This document shows positions 47,938-59,205 of a stretch of DNA of 64,000 nucleotides, in pieces. The notes beneath the pieces were generated by a model. That model ran no database searches and was not told where the DNA came from. It worked only from the letters and a program-made list of their open reading frames with translations. The stretch's first letter is position 1, and every line of letters starts with the position of its first letter. The DNA comes from Candidatus Komeilibacteria bacterium RIFOXYD1_FULL_37_29 (lineage in GTDB: Bacteria > Patescibacteriota > Patescibacteriia > UBA1558 > GWA2-36-10): positions 180,188 to 244,187 of the forward strand of contig MHKS01000005.1 of NCBI GenBank assembly GCA_001818495.1. Direction: 5' to 3'. The position numbers and the translations under genes are program-made.

Positions 47938-47976
47938 CTCCCTTTCCAGGTAACCTGGAGGGGAGTTTTTTATTAC
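47938..47976 (+). terminator. imperfect hairpin (ctccctttccagg taac cctggaggggag) + TTTTTT; terminator closing the atp operon
   Basis: Visible just after the beta-CA-like stop. It is followed by a TTGATT -17- TAATAT promoter at 47985-48013. Confidence 0.5.
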
Positions 47977-48020
47977 CAAAATTTTTGATTTTTCTGTGGT
48001 TATGGGTTAATATTAAACTT

Positions 48021-50963
48021 ATGGAAATTGATTTAACCAAGCTTAATCAGAGTCAAAAACAGGCAGTTCTCCATGATCAGGGACCGACTATTTTAATAGC
48101 GGGAGCTGGTACTGGTAAAACCACGGTGATTACTCAACGGATTGCTTATTTGATTGCCCAAAAAAAGGCCAAGCCGGAAGAAATTTTAGCCGTTACTTTT
48201 ACTGAAAAAGCAGCCAATGAAATGGCTGAAAGAGTCGACAAGCTATTGCCCTTGGGTTACAGCGATTTGTGGATTCATACCTTTCATGGTTTTTGTGAAA
48301 AAATCTTAAAAGATTATGCTTTGGAAATTGGTTTATCCAACGATTTCAAGTTATTGGATCCGACAGCGGCCTGGATGTTAGTCAGAGAAAATTTAGAAAA
48401 ATTTGCTTTGGATTATTATGCCCCCTTGGGTAACCCCACCAGATTTATTCATGCTTTACTGAGCCATTTTTCTCGTCTCAAGGACGAAGTTGTTTATCCA
48501 GCCGAATATCTTAAATATGCCGAAGATTTTCATCTGGATAGCGATCAGGCCGGCGACAGAGAAGAAGTGGAGATGGAGATTTCTCGGGTGCGGGAAGTAG
48601 CCAATGCTTATCATATTTATCAACAGTTACTTTTGGAAAGTAATGCTTTGGATTTTGGTGATTTGATCAATTATACTTTAGAGCTTTTCAAAAAACGCCC
48701 CAAAGTAATTAATAAATTTAGAGCGCAGTTTAAGTATATTTTAGTTGATGAATTTCAAGATACCAATTGGGCTCAGTATGAGCTAATAAAAGTATTAGCC
48801 TCGCCAAAAAATAATTTGATGGTCGTCGGTGATGATGATCAGGCGATTTATAAATTTCGTGGGGCAGCTGTTTCCAATATTTTAAATTTCAAAAAAGATT
48901 ATAAAAATCCGACGGAAATATTTTTGAATGACAATTACCGCAGTGGTCAAAAAATATTGGATGTGGCCTACAATTTTATTCAGCAAAATGATCCCGATCG
49001 TTTGGAATATCAATACAAAAAAAAGAAAACGCCATTAAATAAAAAACTTGAAAGTCATATTCAAGACCCAGGGTCACTTGACGTCTTATCTTTTATTGAT
49101 AAAAATTCCGAAATAGATGGTGTTTTGTCAAAAATAGTAGAATTAAAGAAAAAAAATAAAGAAACCCAGTGGTCTGATTTTGCTATTTTAGTCAGAGCCA
49201 ATGATCAGGCCCAGGGCTTTGTGTCGATGATGAGGAAAAAGGGCATTCCCCATCAATTTATGGCCTCCCGCGGCCTTTATGCTCAGGATATTGTCCAAGA
49301 CATTATCGCTTATCTTAAACTATTGGATAATTATCATGAGTCAACGGCTTTTTTTAGGATATTGTCTTTGCCAATTAGCGGTTTAAATATTGAAACTATT
49401 ATAAATTTAAATCATCTAGCTACCAAAAAATCTTGGAGTCTTTATTATACAGCCAAAAATTATCAAGCTCATATTAGTATATTGCCAGTTGATCAGAAGA
49501 AAATAGCTCGGCTAGTCAGTGATATTGATAAGCACACAGCGCTGTCCAAGGAGCAAGCAGTTTCCCAGGTGATTTATACTTGGTTAGAAGATAGCTCTTA
49601 TCTTAATATGCTGACTATAGAGCAAAATCAATATAACAGCGATCAATTGCATTTTTTAAACCAATTTTTTAAAAAAATCAGAAATTGGGAAGAAGAGTCG
49701 ATCGCCGATTCATCAGTCCATAAATTTTTGGAAAATTTGGAAATGGAAATTCAATCCGGAGAAATGGGGGCTCTGCAGTTTGATGCCGAGTCTGGCCCAG
49801 ATGTAGTCAAAGTTATGACTGTACATGGTGCCAAAGGTTTGGAGTTTAAATATGTTTTTATTACCAATTTAGTACATCTTAGATTTCCTTCGGTCGAACG
49901 TCGTGATCCGATTGAAATCCCAGAAAAGCTTATCAAAGAGGAATTGCCCAAAGGAGATGCACATTTACAAGAAGAACGTCGGTTGTTTTATGTAGCCATG
50001 ACGCGCGCTAAAGCCAAGGTTTATCTGACTTGGGCAAAAAATTATGGCGGCGCTAGCTCTAAGAAGCCCTCTCGGTTTATTGACGAGATAAAAATAGCTG
50101 GACAAGAAATCATGTCTTCAGTCAAAGAACCAGACAGAATTGATGCCAAAAAGGTAAAACCCAATTATCCGGTGCCAAAAGTATTTTCTTTTTCACAACT
50201 AAAAGCTTATCAGTCGTGTCCCTGGCAATATTTTTATACTTTCATAGCTAAGATTCCTACCAAAGGCAGTCCGCAGTTTAGTTTTGGTAAAACTATGCAC
50301 TCTACTTTTCAGAAATTTTATCAGCAAATAATCCGTAATTCTGAAATGGGTCAGGGAGATTTATTTTCCAAAAATAAAAAGATTAAAACAGTTAGTGAAA
50401 AAGAATTATTAGAATTTTATGAGGCCTCTTGGATTGACGACTGGTATGAGAGTCAAGAACAAAAGAAAAAGTATCATCAGGATGGCTTGCGTATTTTAAA
50501 AGATTATTACAAGAAATACCTGCCTACCGGACAGGCAGGTCAAAATAATTTTCCAGTACCGTTATTTTTGGAAAAAGGTTTTACTATTAAGATAGGCAAT
50601 TATAGTCTGCGGGGAGTTTTTGATCGGGTAGATGCTGATAGTAGTGGCTGGGAAATCATTGATTATAAAACCGGTCAAGTCAAAGATAAATTGACTTTTG
50701 AAGACAAAAAGCAACTTCTGATTTATCAAATTGCCGCTCAGGAGATATTTAAACAGTCAGTGAAAAATCTTACTTTTTTCTATTTGACCAATAACACGCC
50801 GGTGTCATTTGTTGGTAGTGAAAAAGAAATTGCAAAAACCAAAGAATGGATCAAAGAGACCATTGAAAATATTGTCAGCCATGATTTTACAGCCACTCCT
50901 GGCCATGTTTGTAACAATTGTGACTTTCACTCTATTTGCCCTTATGCTAAATTAAGTAGTTAA
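48021..50963 (+). CDS. UvrD/PcrA-like superfamily 1 helicase fused to a C-terminal PD-(D/E)xK nuclease with a Cas4/AddB-type 4-Cys cluster
   Basis: Walker A AGAGTGKTT and helicase motifs (VDEFQDTN, VMTVHGAKGLEF) are present. The C-terminal nuclease block is GVFDRVD...IIDYKTG. The cysteines are C (in QSCPWQY) ... C-x2-C-x5-C (CNNCDFHSIC). The track start at 47922 is a TTG inside the upstream terminator. The ATG at 48021 follows the promoter. Confidence 0.8.
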   Translation: MEIDLTKLNQSQKQAVLHDQGPTILIAGAGTGKTTVITQRIAYLIAQKKAKPEEILAVTFTEKAANEMAERVDKLLPLGYSDLWIHTFHGFCEKILKDYALEIGLSNDFKLLDPTAAWMLVRENLEKFALDYYAPLGNPTRFIHALLSHFSRLKDEVVYPAEYLKYAEDFHLDSDQAGDREEVEMEISRVREVANAYHIYQQLLLESNALDFGDLINYTLELFKKRPKVINKFRAQFKYILVDEFQDTNWAQYELIKVLASPKNNLMVVGDDDQAIYKFRGAAVSNILNFKKDYKNPTEIFLNDNYRSGQKILDVAYNFIQQNDPDRLEYQYKKKKTPLNKKLESHIQDPGSLDVLSFIDKNSEIDGVLSKIVELKKKNKETQWSDFAILVRANDQAQGFVSMMRKKGIPHQFMASRGLYAQDIVQDIIAYLKLLDNYHESTAFFRILSLPISGLNIETIINLNHLATKKSWSLYYTAKNYQAHISILPVDQKKIARLVSDIDKHTALSKEQAVSQVIYTWLEDSSYLNMLTIEQNQYNSDQLHFLNQFFKKIRNWEEESIADSSVHKFLENLEMEIQSGEMGALQFDAESGPDVVKVMTVHGAKGLEFKYVFITNLVHLRFPSVERRDPIEIPEKLIKEELPKGDAHLQEERRLFYVAMTRAKAKVYLTWAKNYGGASSKKPSRFIDEIKIAGQEIMSSVKEPDRIDAKKVKPNYPVPKVFSFSQLKAYQSCPWQYFYTFIAKIPTKGSPQFSFGKTMHSTFQKFYQQIIRNSEMGQGDLFSKNKKIKTVSEKELLEFYEASWIDDWYESQEQKKKYHQDGLRILKDYYKKYLPTGQAGQNNFPVPLFLEKGFTIKIGNYSLRGVFDRVDADSSGWEIIDYKTGQVKDKLTFEDKKQLLIYQIAAQEIFKQSVKNLTFFYLTNNTPVSFVGSEKEIAKTKEWIKETIENIVSHDFTATPGHVCNNCDFHSICPYAKLSS

Positions 50964-50965
50964 TT

Positions 50966-51262
50966 ATGACTTGGAATAGTTTTAGGGATGTGGCTGGTAA
51001 GGTCGTCAAACAAAAGGGACTAAATAAACAAATTGAAGAATCTTTGGTTTTACAATCAGCCAATCAACTATTAGACAATTTTTTATCAGCCCAAGCTCAA
51101 GAAAAGGTGAGGGCGGTTTATTTTCGAGCCGGAGTTTTAAGTATGGCTGTTTTGGATGATAATTTGTTAAAAAAGTTGCTTAGTGATAAGGATTTGTTTA
51201 TCGCCAGTTTAAATAGTAAATTAGGCAATTCCATTGTTGATAATTTAAATTTTTTAAGCTAA
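50966..51262 (+). CDS. DUF721-like (DciA-like) small protein, hypothetical
   Basis: The 98 aa product has a central hydrophobic beta-hairpin pattern (RAVYFRAGVLSMAVLDDNLL...LNSKLG...IVDNL). This is reminiscent of DUF721/DciA. The call is tentative. Confidence 0.3.
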   Translation: MTWNSFRDVAGKVVKQKGLNKQIEESLVLQSANQLLDNFLSAQAQEKVRAVYFRAGVLSMAVLDDNLLKKLLSDKDLFIASLNSKLGNSIVDNLNFLS

Positions 51263-51363
51263 ATTAAGATCAAAATTACTAAGTTCTAATTTAGAGGTTT
51301 ATTCAGCCACATTTGACGCGGCTGGATTGATTTTTCAAGCTTTTTTTAGTATTATTTATACTG

Positions 51364-51762
51364 ATGAGTATCAAAGCCTACAATTTGGTGATGCTACTAG
51401 CCACTTTATTAGCCTGGCTGGGGTTTTCTATAATTATTAGGAGTTTTGACCCCACTGATGGTTCTTGGTTGGTTTATGCTATGTTTTACAGTTTATTATT
51501 TTTGAGTATTTTAGGAACTCTATCTTTACTAGGTTTTTTGATCCGCAGTATATTAGCCAGGAAAAAAGTAAGGCCACGATTAATGGCGGCGGAATCTTTT
51601 CGTCAAGCTATTATTTTTTCCGCTGTTTTGATTGTAGCCTTGATGCTTCAGGCTGGCCGAGTACTTACTTGGTGGAATATGGCCTTATTAATTATTTTAG
51701 CGACAGTCATAGAGTTTGTTATATTAGTATTTCGTCAAAATGATGAGCAGATAAAAAACTAA
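51364..51762 (+). CDS. membrane protein (hypothetical)
   Basis: 132 aa with 4 predicted TM helices. Confidence 0.3.
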   Translation: MSIKAYNLVMLLATLLAWLGFSIIIRSFDPTDGSWLVYAMFYSLLFLSILGTLSLLGFLIRSILARKKVRPRLMAAESFRQAIIFSAVLIVALMLQAGRVLTWWNMALLIILATVIEFVILVFRQNDEQIKN

Positions 51763-51766
51763 TTAT

Positions 51767-52774
51767 ATGGAAAAAAAATTACAGGAACTTAAAAAACGAT
51801 TTTTACAGGAGTTAGACGGAGTAAAAGACAGTCGGTTGTTGTTTGATTTGAAAAATAGATATTTGGGTCGTCAAGGAGAATTGACTAAAGTCTTAAAAGA
51901 AGTAAAAAATTTGGCGGCTGAGGAAAAACCAAAGATCGGTAAATTGGCCAATGAAGTTAAAAATGAACTGACAGATGTTTTTTTAAAGACCGAAAGGATT
52001 ATTAACAATAATCAGGGAACGACTTTAGATTTTGATCCGTCTTTGCCTGGAATCAAGGAAACAATTGGCCATCTGCACCCTTCTTCTATTGTTCAGTATG
52101 AAATGGAGGATATTTTTGCTCAAATGGGTTTTGGGGTTTATGATGGTCCGCAAGTAGAATCAGAATATTATAATTTTACAGCTTTAAATACGCCCAATGA
52201 TCATCCAGCTAGGGATAGTCAAGATACTTTTTGGTTGGAGCAGGGGCTTTTACTTAGATCACAAACTTCAAATTTACAGGTTCGTATGTTGGAAAAATAC
52301 GGTGCGCCTTTTCGCGGAGTCTTTCCCGGACGGGTCTTTAGAAATGAAGCAACCGACGCTAGCCATGATCACACTTTTTATCAGTTGGAAGGATTGATGG
52401 TAGATAAAAATATCAACATTGGAAATTTGATTGCAGTCATGAAGTCATTTTTATCAGAATTTTTTAACACCGAAGTTGATGTCAGATTGCGTCCGGGGTT
52501 TTTTCCTTTTGTGGAGCCAGGCTTTGAGCTGGATATAAAATGTCTTATTTGTGATGGCCAGGGCTGTAGTGTTTGTAAACAATCTGGCTGGGTGGAATTG
52601 ATGCCCTGCGGTTTGGTTCATCCAGAAGTAATTAAAGCGGGCGGTCTAGACCCCCAAGAGTATTCGGGTTTTGCCTTTGGTTTGGGATTTACTAGGTTAG
52701 TTATGATGCGTTATAAGATTGATGATATTAGACTGCTCCAGTCTGGAGATTTAAGATTTTTAAAGCAATTTTAA
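51767..52774 (+). CDS. pheS: phenylalanyl-tRNA synthetase alpha subunit
   Basis: Class II motifs (FRNEATDASHDHTFYQLEG; GFAFGLGFTRLVM). Confidence 0.9.
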   Translation: MEKKLQELKKRFLQELDGVKDSRLLFDLKNRYLGRQGELTKVLKEVKNLAAEEKPKIGKLANEVKNELTDVFLKTERIINNNQGTTLDFDPSLPGIKETIGHLHPSSIVQYEMEDIFAQMGFGVYDGPQVESEYYNFTALNTPNDHPARDSQDTFWLEQGLLLRSQTSNLQVRMLEKYGAPFRGVFPGRVFRNEATDASHDHTFYQLEGLMVDKNINIGNLIAVMKSFLSEFFNTEVDVRLRPGFFPFVEPGFELDIKCLICDGQGCSVCKQSGWVELMPCGLVHPEVIKAGGLDPQEYSGFAFGLGFTRLVMMRYKIDDIRLLQSGDLRFLKQF

Positions 52775-52777
52775 TTT

Positions 52778-53164
52778 ATGGCTAGTAATTATAAGGGCGT
52801 AATAATTGAAGAAAGTTTAGAAGATACTGGTGTTATAAAAACTATTAAAGTTGTTAGTACTAAGATAGAAAATGTTACAGAAAAACACAGAACACCCTGG
52901 GTAAAAACATGGACAAAATATAATGTGGAGATTTCGGAAGAGCAAGCCGATGATGTTGCGACTATATTGAGTCAATCGCTAGATTCTAAACATGATTGGT
53001 ATGCTGATTTTAAAAATGATACTTTTCATTATATTATATTTAAAAATAGAATATTTAAGATTAATAGATCAAAAAAAGAAGAATACGATGAAGCTACTAA
53101 GTATGGTATTTTCTTGGGAATACCAGATTATCAAGTAAACTTTTCATCATTTATTAAGTTATAA
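52778..53164 (+). CDS. hypothetical protein inserted between pheS and pheT (AT-rich)
   Basis: 128 aa with no recognisable motif. Gaps to the flanking genes are 3 nt and 14 nt. Confidence 0.4.
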   Translation: MASNYKGVIIEESLEDTGVIKTIKVVSTKIENVTEKHRTPWVKTWTKYNVEISEEQADDVATILSQSLDSKHDWYADFKNDTFHYIIFKNRIFKINRSKKEEYDEATKYGIFLGIPDYQVNFSSFIKL

Positions 53165-53178
53165 CTGGAATTAAATCT

Positions 53179-55608
53179 ATGTATTTATCACTTGATTGGG
53201 TAAAAGATTGGATAAAGCTACCGAAAGATTTATCGGCCAAACAATTGGCTTTGGATTTTACTATGGCCATAGTAGAGGTAGAAGAGGTTGTTGATCGGGC
53301 GGCCAATCTACAAGATATAGTAGTCGGCAGAATTAATGAAATAGCCAAACATCCTGATGCGGATAGATTGCAGGTCTGCCAAGTGGATATTGGAGAAAAA
53401 ATAGAGCAAATTGTTTGTGGTGGTATCAATCTTAGTAAGGGGATGCTCGTGGCTGTGGCCAAGCCTGGATCTCGTGTCAAATGGCACGGTGAAGGAGAGC
53501 TGATTACCTTGGCCAAAACCAAAATTCGCGGGGTAGAGTCTAGCGGTATGATTTCTGCTTCTGAAGAAATTGGTTTGGGTTCACTTTTCCCTCAAAAATC
53601 TGATAAAGAAATTTTGGATTTATCAGGCTTTAAAGTAAAAGTTGGCCAGAATTTAGCCGAGGCGCTAGGTTTAAATGATATTATTATTGATATTGATAAT
53701 AAATCTATTAATCATCGTCCAGATTTGTGGGGTCAATATGGCTTAGCTAGAGAATTGGCTGCTATTTATAAATTGAAATTAAAAGAGTATGGCACTTTTG
53801 ATCTCAAGGGGCAAAGTGAAGTCAAACTAAAAGTAACAGTTGAAGATAAAGATAATTGTTTTCGTTATCTTGGTTTGGCTATAAAAAATGTTAAAGTAGA
53901 GGATTCTCCTTGGTGGTTGAAAAAGAGATTGGAAGCGGTGGGCATTAGACCAATCAACAATCTGGTGGATGTGACCAATTATGTGATGTATGAGCTGGGT
54001 CAGCCAATGCATGTTTTTGACGCAAAGCAGATTGAAGATTCGCATATTATAGTAAAGCAAGCTAATAAAGGTGATAAATTTGTTACTTTAGACGGTGAAA
54101 ATAGAAAATTACCAGACGGGTCGCTGATGATCTGTGACAGTAAAAAATACGTAGCTTTAGCCGGTATCATGGGTGGCCAGAATAGTGAAATTGGCACTGA
54201 TACTACAGAAATTATTTTGGAATCAGCCAATTTTAAGGCTACCAACATTAGACGGACAGCTATTGGCGTAGGTTTGCGCAGTGAAAGCTCGGCTCGTTTT
54301 GAAAAATCTTTGGATCCAGTTTTAGCGGAAACAGCTATCAGACGAGCCACACAGCTAGTACTGGAGCTGTGTCCAGAAGCTTATGTCGCTAGTAATTTGG
54401 TGGATGTAGACAACAATCCTTTCAAACCTATTACTTTGGAAGTACCAGAACAATTGATAAATAATCGTTTTGGAGTAACTATACCAACAGCGGAGATAAA
54501 AGATATTCTCCAGCGATTGAAGTTTGATTTAAAATATAAAGCTAAAATTTTTACTATTGGTGTTCCGAGCTTTAGGGCCACTAAAGACATTTCTATTCCC
54601 GAAGATATTGTGGAAGAAGTAGCTAGAATTTATGGTTATGATAATATCAATTTTCAATTGCCCAAAGTAACTATTAGTAGTTTACAGGCCAGCGAAGAAC
54701 ATGCGGCGGCTCGTGATATAAAAACTTGGCTTAGCTTGTCACAAGAGTATTGTGAGGTCTATAATTATCCTTTTACTAATCAATCTTGGGCCAAGAAAAT
54801 AGGTTTGGATTTAAACAATCATTTGAAAGTAAAAAATGCTCTCAGTCCAGAACAAGCTTATCTTAATATTTCTCTTTTGCCCAACCTATTGGCTAGAGCT
54901 GAAGAAAACATCCGTTGGTTTGGTGAATTTAGAATTTATGAGCTAGAAAGAGTTTTTGAAAAAACTAACAAAAGTATTTATCATACCGACAATACCCGCA
55001 AGAAATTTTTACCCAAGCAAGATAAATATTTGGCCGGAGTAGAAGTCAGCAAAAAAAATCCACCAGAATTATTTTTAGCCACCAAGGGTTTGTTGGAAGC
55101 TTTAATGGAACATTTAAACATCGAGGTATCCTTTGAGCCAATCAGGCTGGAATATGGTACAGTAGTTTACAATATTCGGTATCATGATACTGATCTGGGA
55201 TATTTTGGTTTATTAGATAAAAGTTTATTTGATAGTGGAGATGTTAAGGTCAATGTTGCTTTTTGGCAAATAAATTTTACTTTACTGCTCAAGTATATCA
55301 ATAAAGCCAAGAGGTATATTCCCTTGGCCAAATTTCCGGCCGTCTATAGAGATATGGCAGTAGTAGTGGATGCGAATTTGCTTTGGGCTGATTTACAGGC
55401 CGAAGTAACCAAGGTCTCCACACTGATTCGTCATTTGGAACCATTTGATATTTTTTCTGGCACTGGCATTAAAGACGGCAAAAAGTCAGTAGCTTTTCAT
55501 TTGGAGTTTCGCAGCCATGACCGTACTTTACTTACTGAAGACGTCGATAAGCTAATGGAGCAAATTTTAGAGGTTTTGAAGAAAAAATTTAAGGCGATTT
55601 TGCGCTAA
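53179..55608 (+). CDS. pheT: phenylalanyl-tRNA synthetase beta subunit
   Basis: N-terminal tRNA-binding OB domain, the B3/B4 and B5 regions, and a C-terminal FDX-ACB-like domain. The product is 809 aa. Confidence 0.9.
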   Translation: MYLSLDWVKDWIKLPKDLSAKQLALDFTMAIVEVEEVVDRAANLQDIVVGRINEIAKHPDADRLQVCQVDIGEKIEQIVCGGINLSKGMLVAVAKPGSRVKWHGEGELITLAKTKIRGVESSGMISASEEIGLGSLFPQKSDKEILDLSGFKVKVGQNLAEALGLNDIIIDIDNKSINHRPDLWGQYGLARELAAIYKLKLKEYGTFDLKGQSEVKLKVTVEDKDNCFRYLGLAIKNVKVEDSPWWLKKRLEAVGIRPINNLVDVTNYVMYELGQPMHVFDAKQIEDSHIIVKQANKGDKFVTLDGENRKLPDGSLMICDSKKYVALAGIMGGQNSEIGTDTTEIILESANFKATNIRRTAIGVGLRSESSARFEKSLDPVLAETAIRRATQLVLELCPEAYVASNLVDVDNNPFKPITLEVPEQLINNRFGVTIPTAEIKDILQRLKFDLKYKAKIFTIGVPSFRATKDISIPEDIVEEVARIYGYDNINFQLPKVTISSLQASEEHAAARDIKTWLSLSQEYCEVYNYPFTNQSWAKKIGLDLNNHLKVKNALSPEQAYLNISLLPNLLARAEENIRWFGEFRIYELERVFEKTNKSIYHTDNTRKKFLPKQDKYLAGVEVSKKNPPELFLATKGLLEALMEHLNIEVSFEPIRLEYGTVVYNIRYHDTDLGYFGLLDKSLFDSGDVKVNVAFWQINFTLLLKYINKAKRYIPLAKFPAVYRDMAVVVDANLLWADLQAEVTKVSTLIRHLEPFDIFSGTGIKDGKKSVAFHLEFRSHDRTLLTEDVDKLMEQILEVLKKKFKAILR

Positions 55609-55689
55609 TATTAGATAATTTATAGTTTCAAAAACAAGCTGTATTTTGGCTTGTTTTTTAGTCTGTTTTGTGATAAAATAAGGACATAA

Positions 55690-57753
<2,064 letters not shown>

Positions 57754-57772
57754 ATATTTTTTTATATCTTTT

Positions 57773-57800
57773 AAAAAGCCCTAAATTTAGGGCTTTTTGT
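57773..57800 (+). terminator. intrinsic terminator aaaaagccc taaattta gggcttttt after gyrB
   Basis: Perfect stem with T-run. Confidence 0.6.
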
Positions 57801-57807
57801 TGTACCC

Positions 57808-57836
57808 TTGCCAAAATATTTTTTTTATGCTATAGT
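57808..57836 (+). promoter_or_regulatory. sigma70 promoter TTGCCA -17- TATAGT for secE-nusG(-rplKA)
   Basis: Consensus-like elements ~55 nt upstream of secE. Confidence 0.5.
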
Positions 57837-57891
57837 AATGGCGTAATAAACAGCTTTGGAGCTGTTTTAAAAAACTTTATATTTTGAGCAT

Positions 57892-58074
57892 ATGAATACA
57901 ATCTTAAACTATTTTAAAGGCGTTAGAGAAGAATTATCAAAAATAGTCTGGCCGTCTAAACAAGTAACCATCAATCATACCTTAGTAGTGATTGGTGTTT
58001 CTTTAGCGGTCGCAGTTTTTTTGGGAGTAATTGATTTGGGTCTTAGTAAAGTAGTAGAACAAGTCGTTAAATAA
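57892..58074 (+). CDS. secE: preprotein translocase subunit SecE
   Basis: The 60 aa product has a single TM helix, KIVWPSKQ, and the usual position upstream of nusG. Confidence 0.8.
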   Translation: MNTILNYFKGVREELSKIVWPSKQVTINHTLVVIGVSLAVAVFLGVIDLGLSKVVEQVVK

Positions 58075-58091
58075 TTTAATTATATAAAGCT

Positions 58092-58637
58092 ATGCCAAAG
58101 CAAACCGCACAACAGGGTCGAAGGTGGTATGTATTACATACTTACTCTGGCTATGAAGAAAATGTTTCTCGTAATTTAAAGCAACGTATTGAATCCATGG
58201 ATATGGAGGATAAAATTTTTGATGTTTTGATTCCTACCGAGACCAAGATCAAAATAAAAAATGGCAAAAGAAAAACCGTTAAAGAGAAAATTTTTCCTGG
58301 TTACGTTTTGGTATCAATGATTGTTACTGATGCTTCCTGGTATGTAGTTAGAAATACCCCCAATGTCACTGGTTTTGTGGGCTCTGGCACTACACCAACG
58401 CCGGTTTCTGAGTCAGAAATCAAAGCTTTGATGCAACGCATGGGCACGGAAGAGCCAGAATTTAAAGTAGATATCGAAGTCGGTGAAATGGTTAAAATTG
58501 TTGACGGACCATTTAAGGATCATGAAGGAAAAATTTCCGAAGTTGATGAAGCCCGTGGTAAAGCTAAAGTCTTAGTGTCTATGTTTGGTCGCGAGACACC
58601 GATTGAGTTGGATTTTTTACAGATTAAAAAAGTATAA
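58092..58637 (+). CDS. nusG: transcription termination/antitermination factor NusG
   Basis: NGN domain (RWYVLHTYSGYE) and KOW motif (KIVDGPFKDHEGKISEVD). Confidence 0.9.
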   Translation: MPKQTAQQGRRWYVLHTYSGYEENVSRNLKQRIESMDMEDKIFDVLIPTETKIKIKNGKRKTVKEKIFPGYVLVSMIVTDASWYVVRNTPNVTGFVGSGTTPTPVSESEIKALMQRMGTEEPEFKVDIEVGEMVKIVDGPFKDHEGKISEVDEARGKAKVLVSMFGRETPIELDFLQIKKV

Positions 58638-58648
58638 ATAATTTAGAA

Positions 58649-58687
58649 AAGAGGGAGCTTGGCAAGTCGGTCAAGCGTTTGTACCTC
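58649..58687 (+). promoter_or_regulatory. structured leader motif copy 1 upstream of rplK
   Basis: The 39-nt sequence is aagagggagcttggcaagtcggtcaagcgtttgtacctc. The outer gagg/cctc stem encloses the gcttg...caagc hairpin. It is identical to 59167-59205. Confidence 0.5.
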
Positions 58688-58703
58688 ATAAATAATAAAT
58701 AAT

Positions 58704-59129
58704 ATGGCCAAAGAAATAAAACAGATTGTGAAGCTACAACTTCAGGCAGCTAAAGCTACTCCAGCCCCTCCGGTTGGTACAGCTTTAGGACCACATGGTG
58801 TAGATATTCAGTCATTTTGTGTGCAGTTTAATGAAGCTACTAAAGACAGAATGGGTGAAGTAGTGCCCATAGAGTTGACTATCTATGTTGATAGAACTTT
58901 TACTTTTGTGCTCAAGACTGCTCCAGCTTCTGACATGATCAAGAAAAAATTAAATTTACAGAAAGGTTCTAGCAATCCTTTGCAACAAAAAATTGCTACT
59001 TTAACTGATGCTCAGCTGACAGAAATTGCTCAAGCAAAAATGCCCGATTTAAATACCAAAGATATTAATCAGGCCAAAAAAATCATTGCTGGTTCAGCTC
59101 GTCAGATGGGAGTAAGAACAGAAGAATAA
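58704..59129 (+). CDS. rplK: 50S ribosomal protein L11
   Basis: MAKEIKQIVKLQLQAAKATPAPPVGTALGPHGV is the canonical L11 N-terminus. Confidence 0.95.
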   Translation: MAKEIKQIVKLQLQAAKATPAPPVGTALGPHGVDIQSFCVQFNEATKDRMGEVVPIELTIYVDRTFTFVLKTAPASDMIKKKLNLQKGSSNPLQQKIATLTDAQLTEIAQAKMPDLNTKDINQAKKIIAGSARQMGVRTEE

Positions 59130-59166
59130 ATATTTTATTCCTCCAACGCTTTTGCTTTGGAGGACA

Positions 59167-59205
59167 AAGAGGGAGCTTGGCAAGTCGGTCAAGCGTTTGT
59201 ACCTC
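59167..59205 (+). promoter_or_regulatory. structured leader motif copy 2 upstream of rplA
   Basis: A 39/39 identical copy of the motif at 58649-58687. Both copies are followed by a shared aataataaataatATGGC tail. A separate hairpin (tcctccaa...ttggagga) precedes it at 59139-59164. Confidence 0.5.

Noticed and set aside
47922-48020. N-terminal 33 aa extension of the helicase-nuclease ORF in the track
   Set aside because: It starts at a TTG and runs through the terminator hairpin and the -35/-10 elements. The ATG at 48021 is the plausible start.
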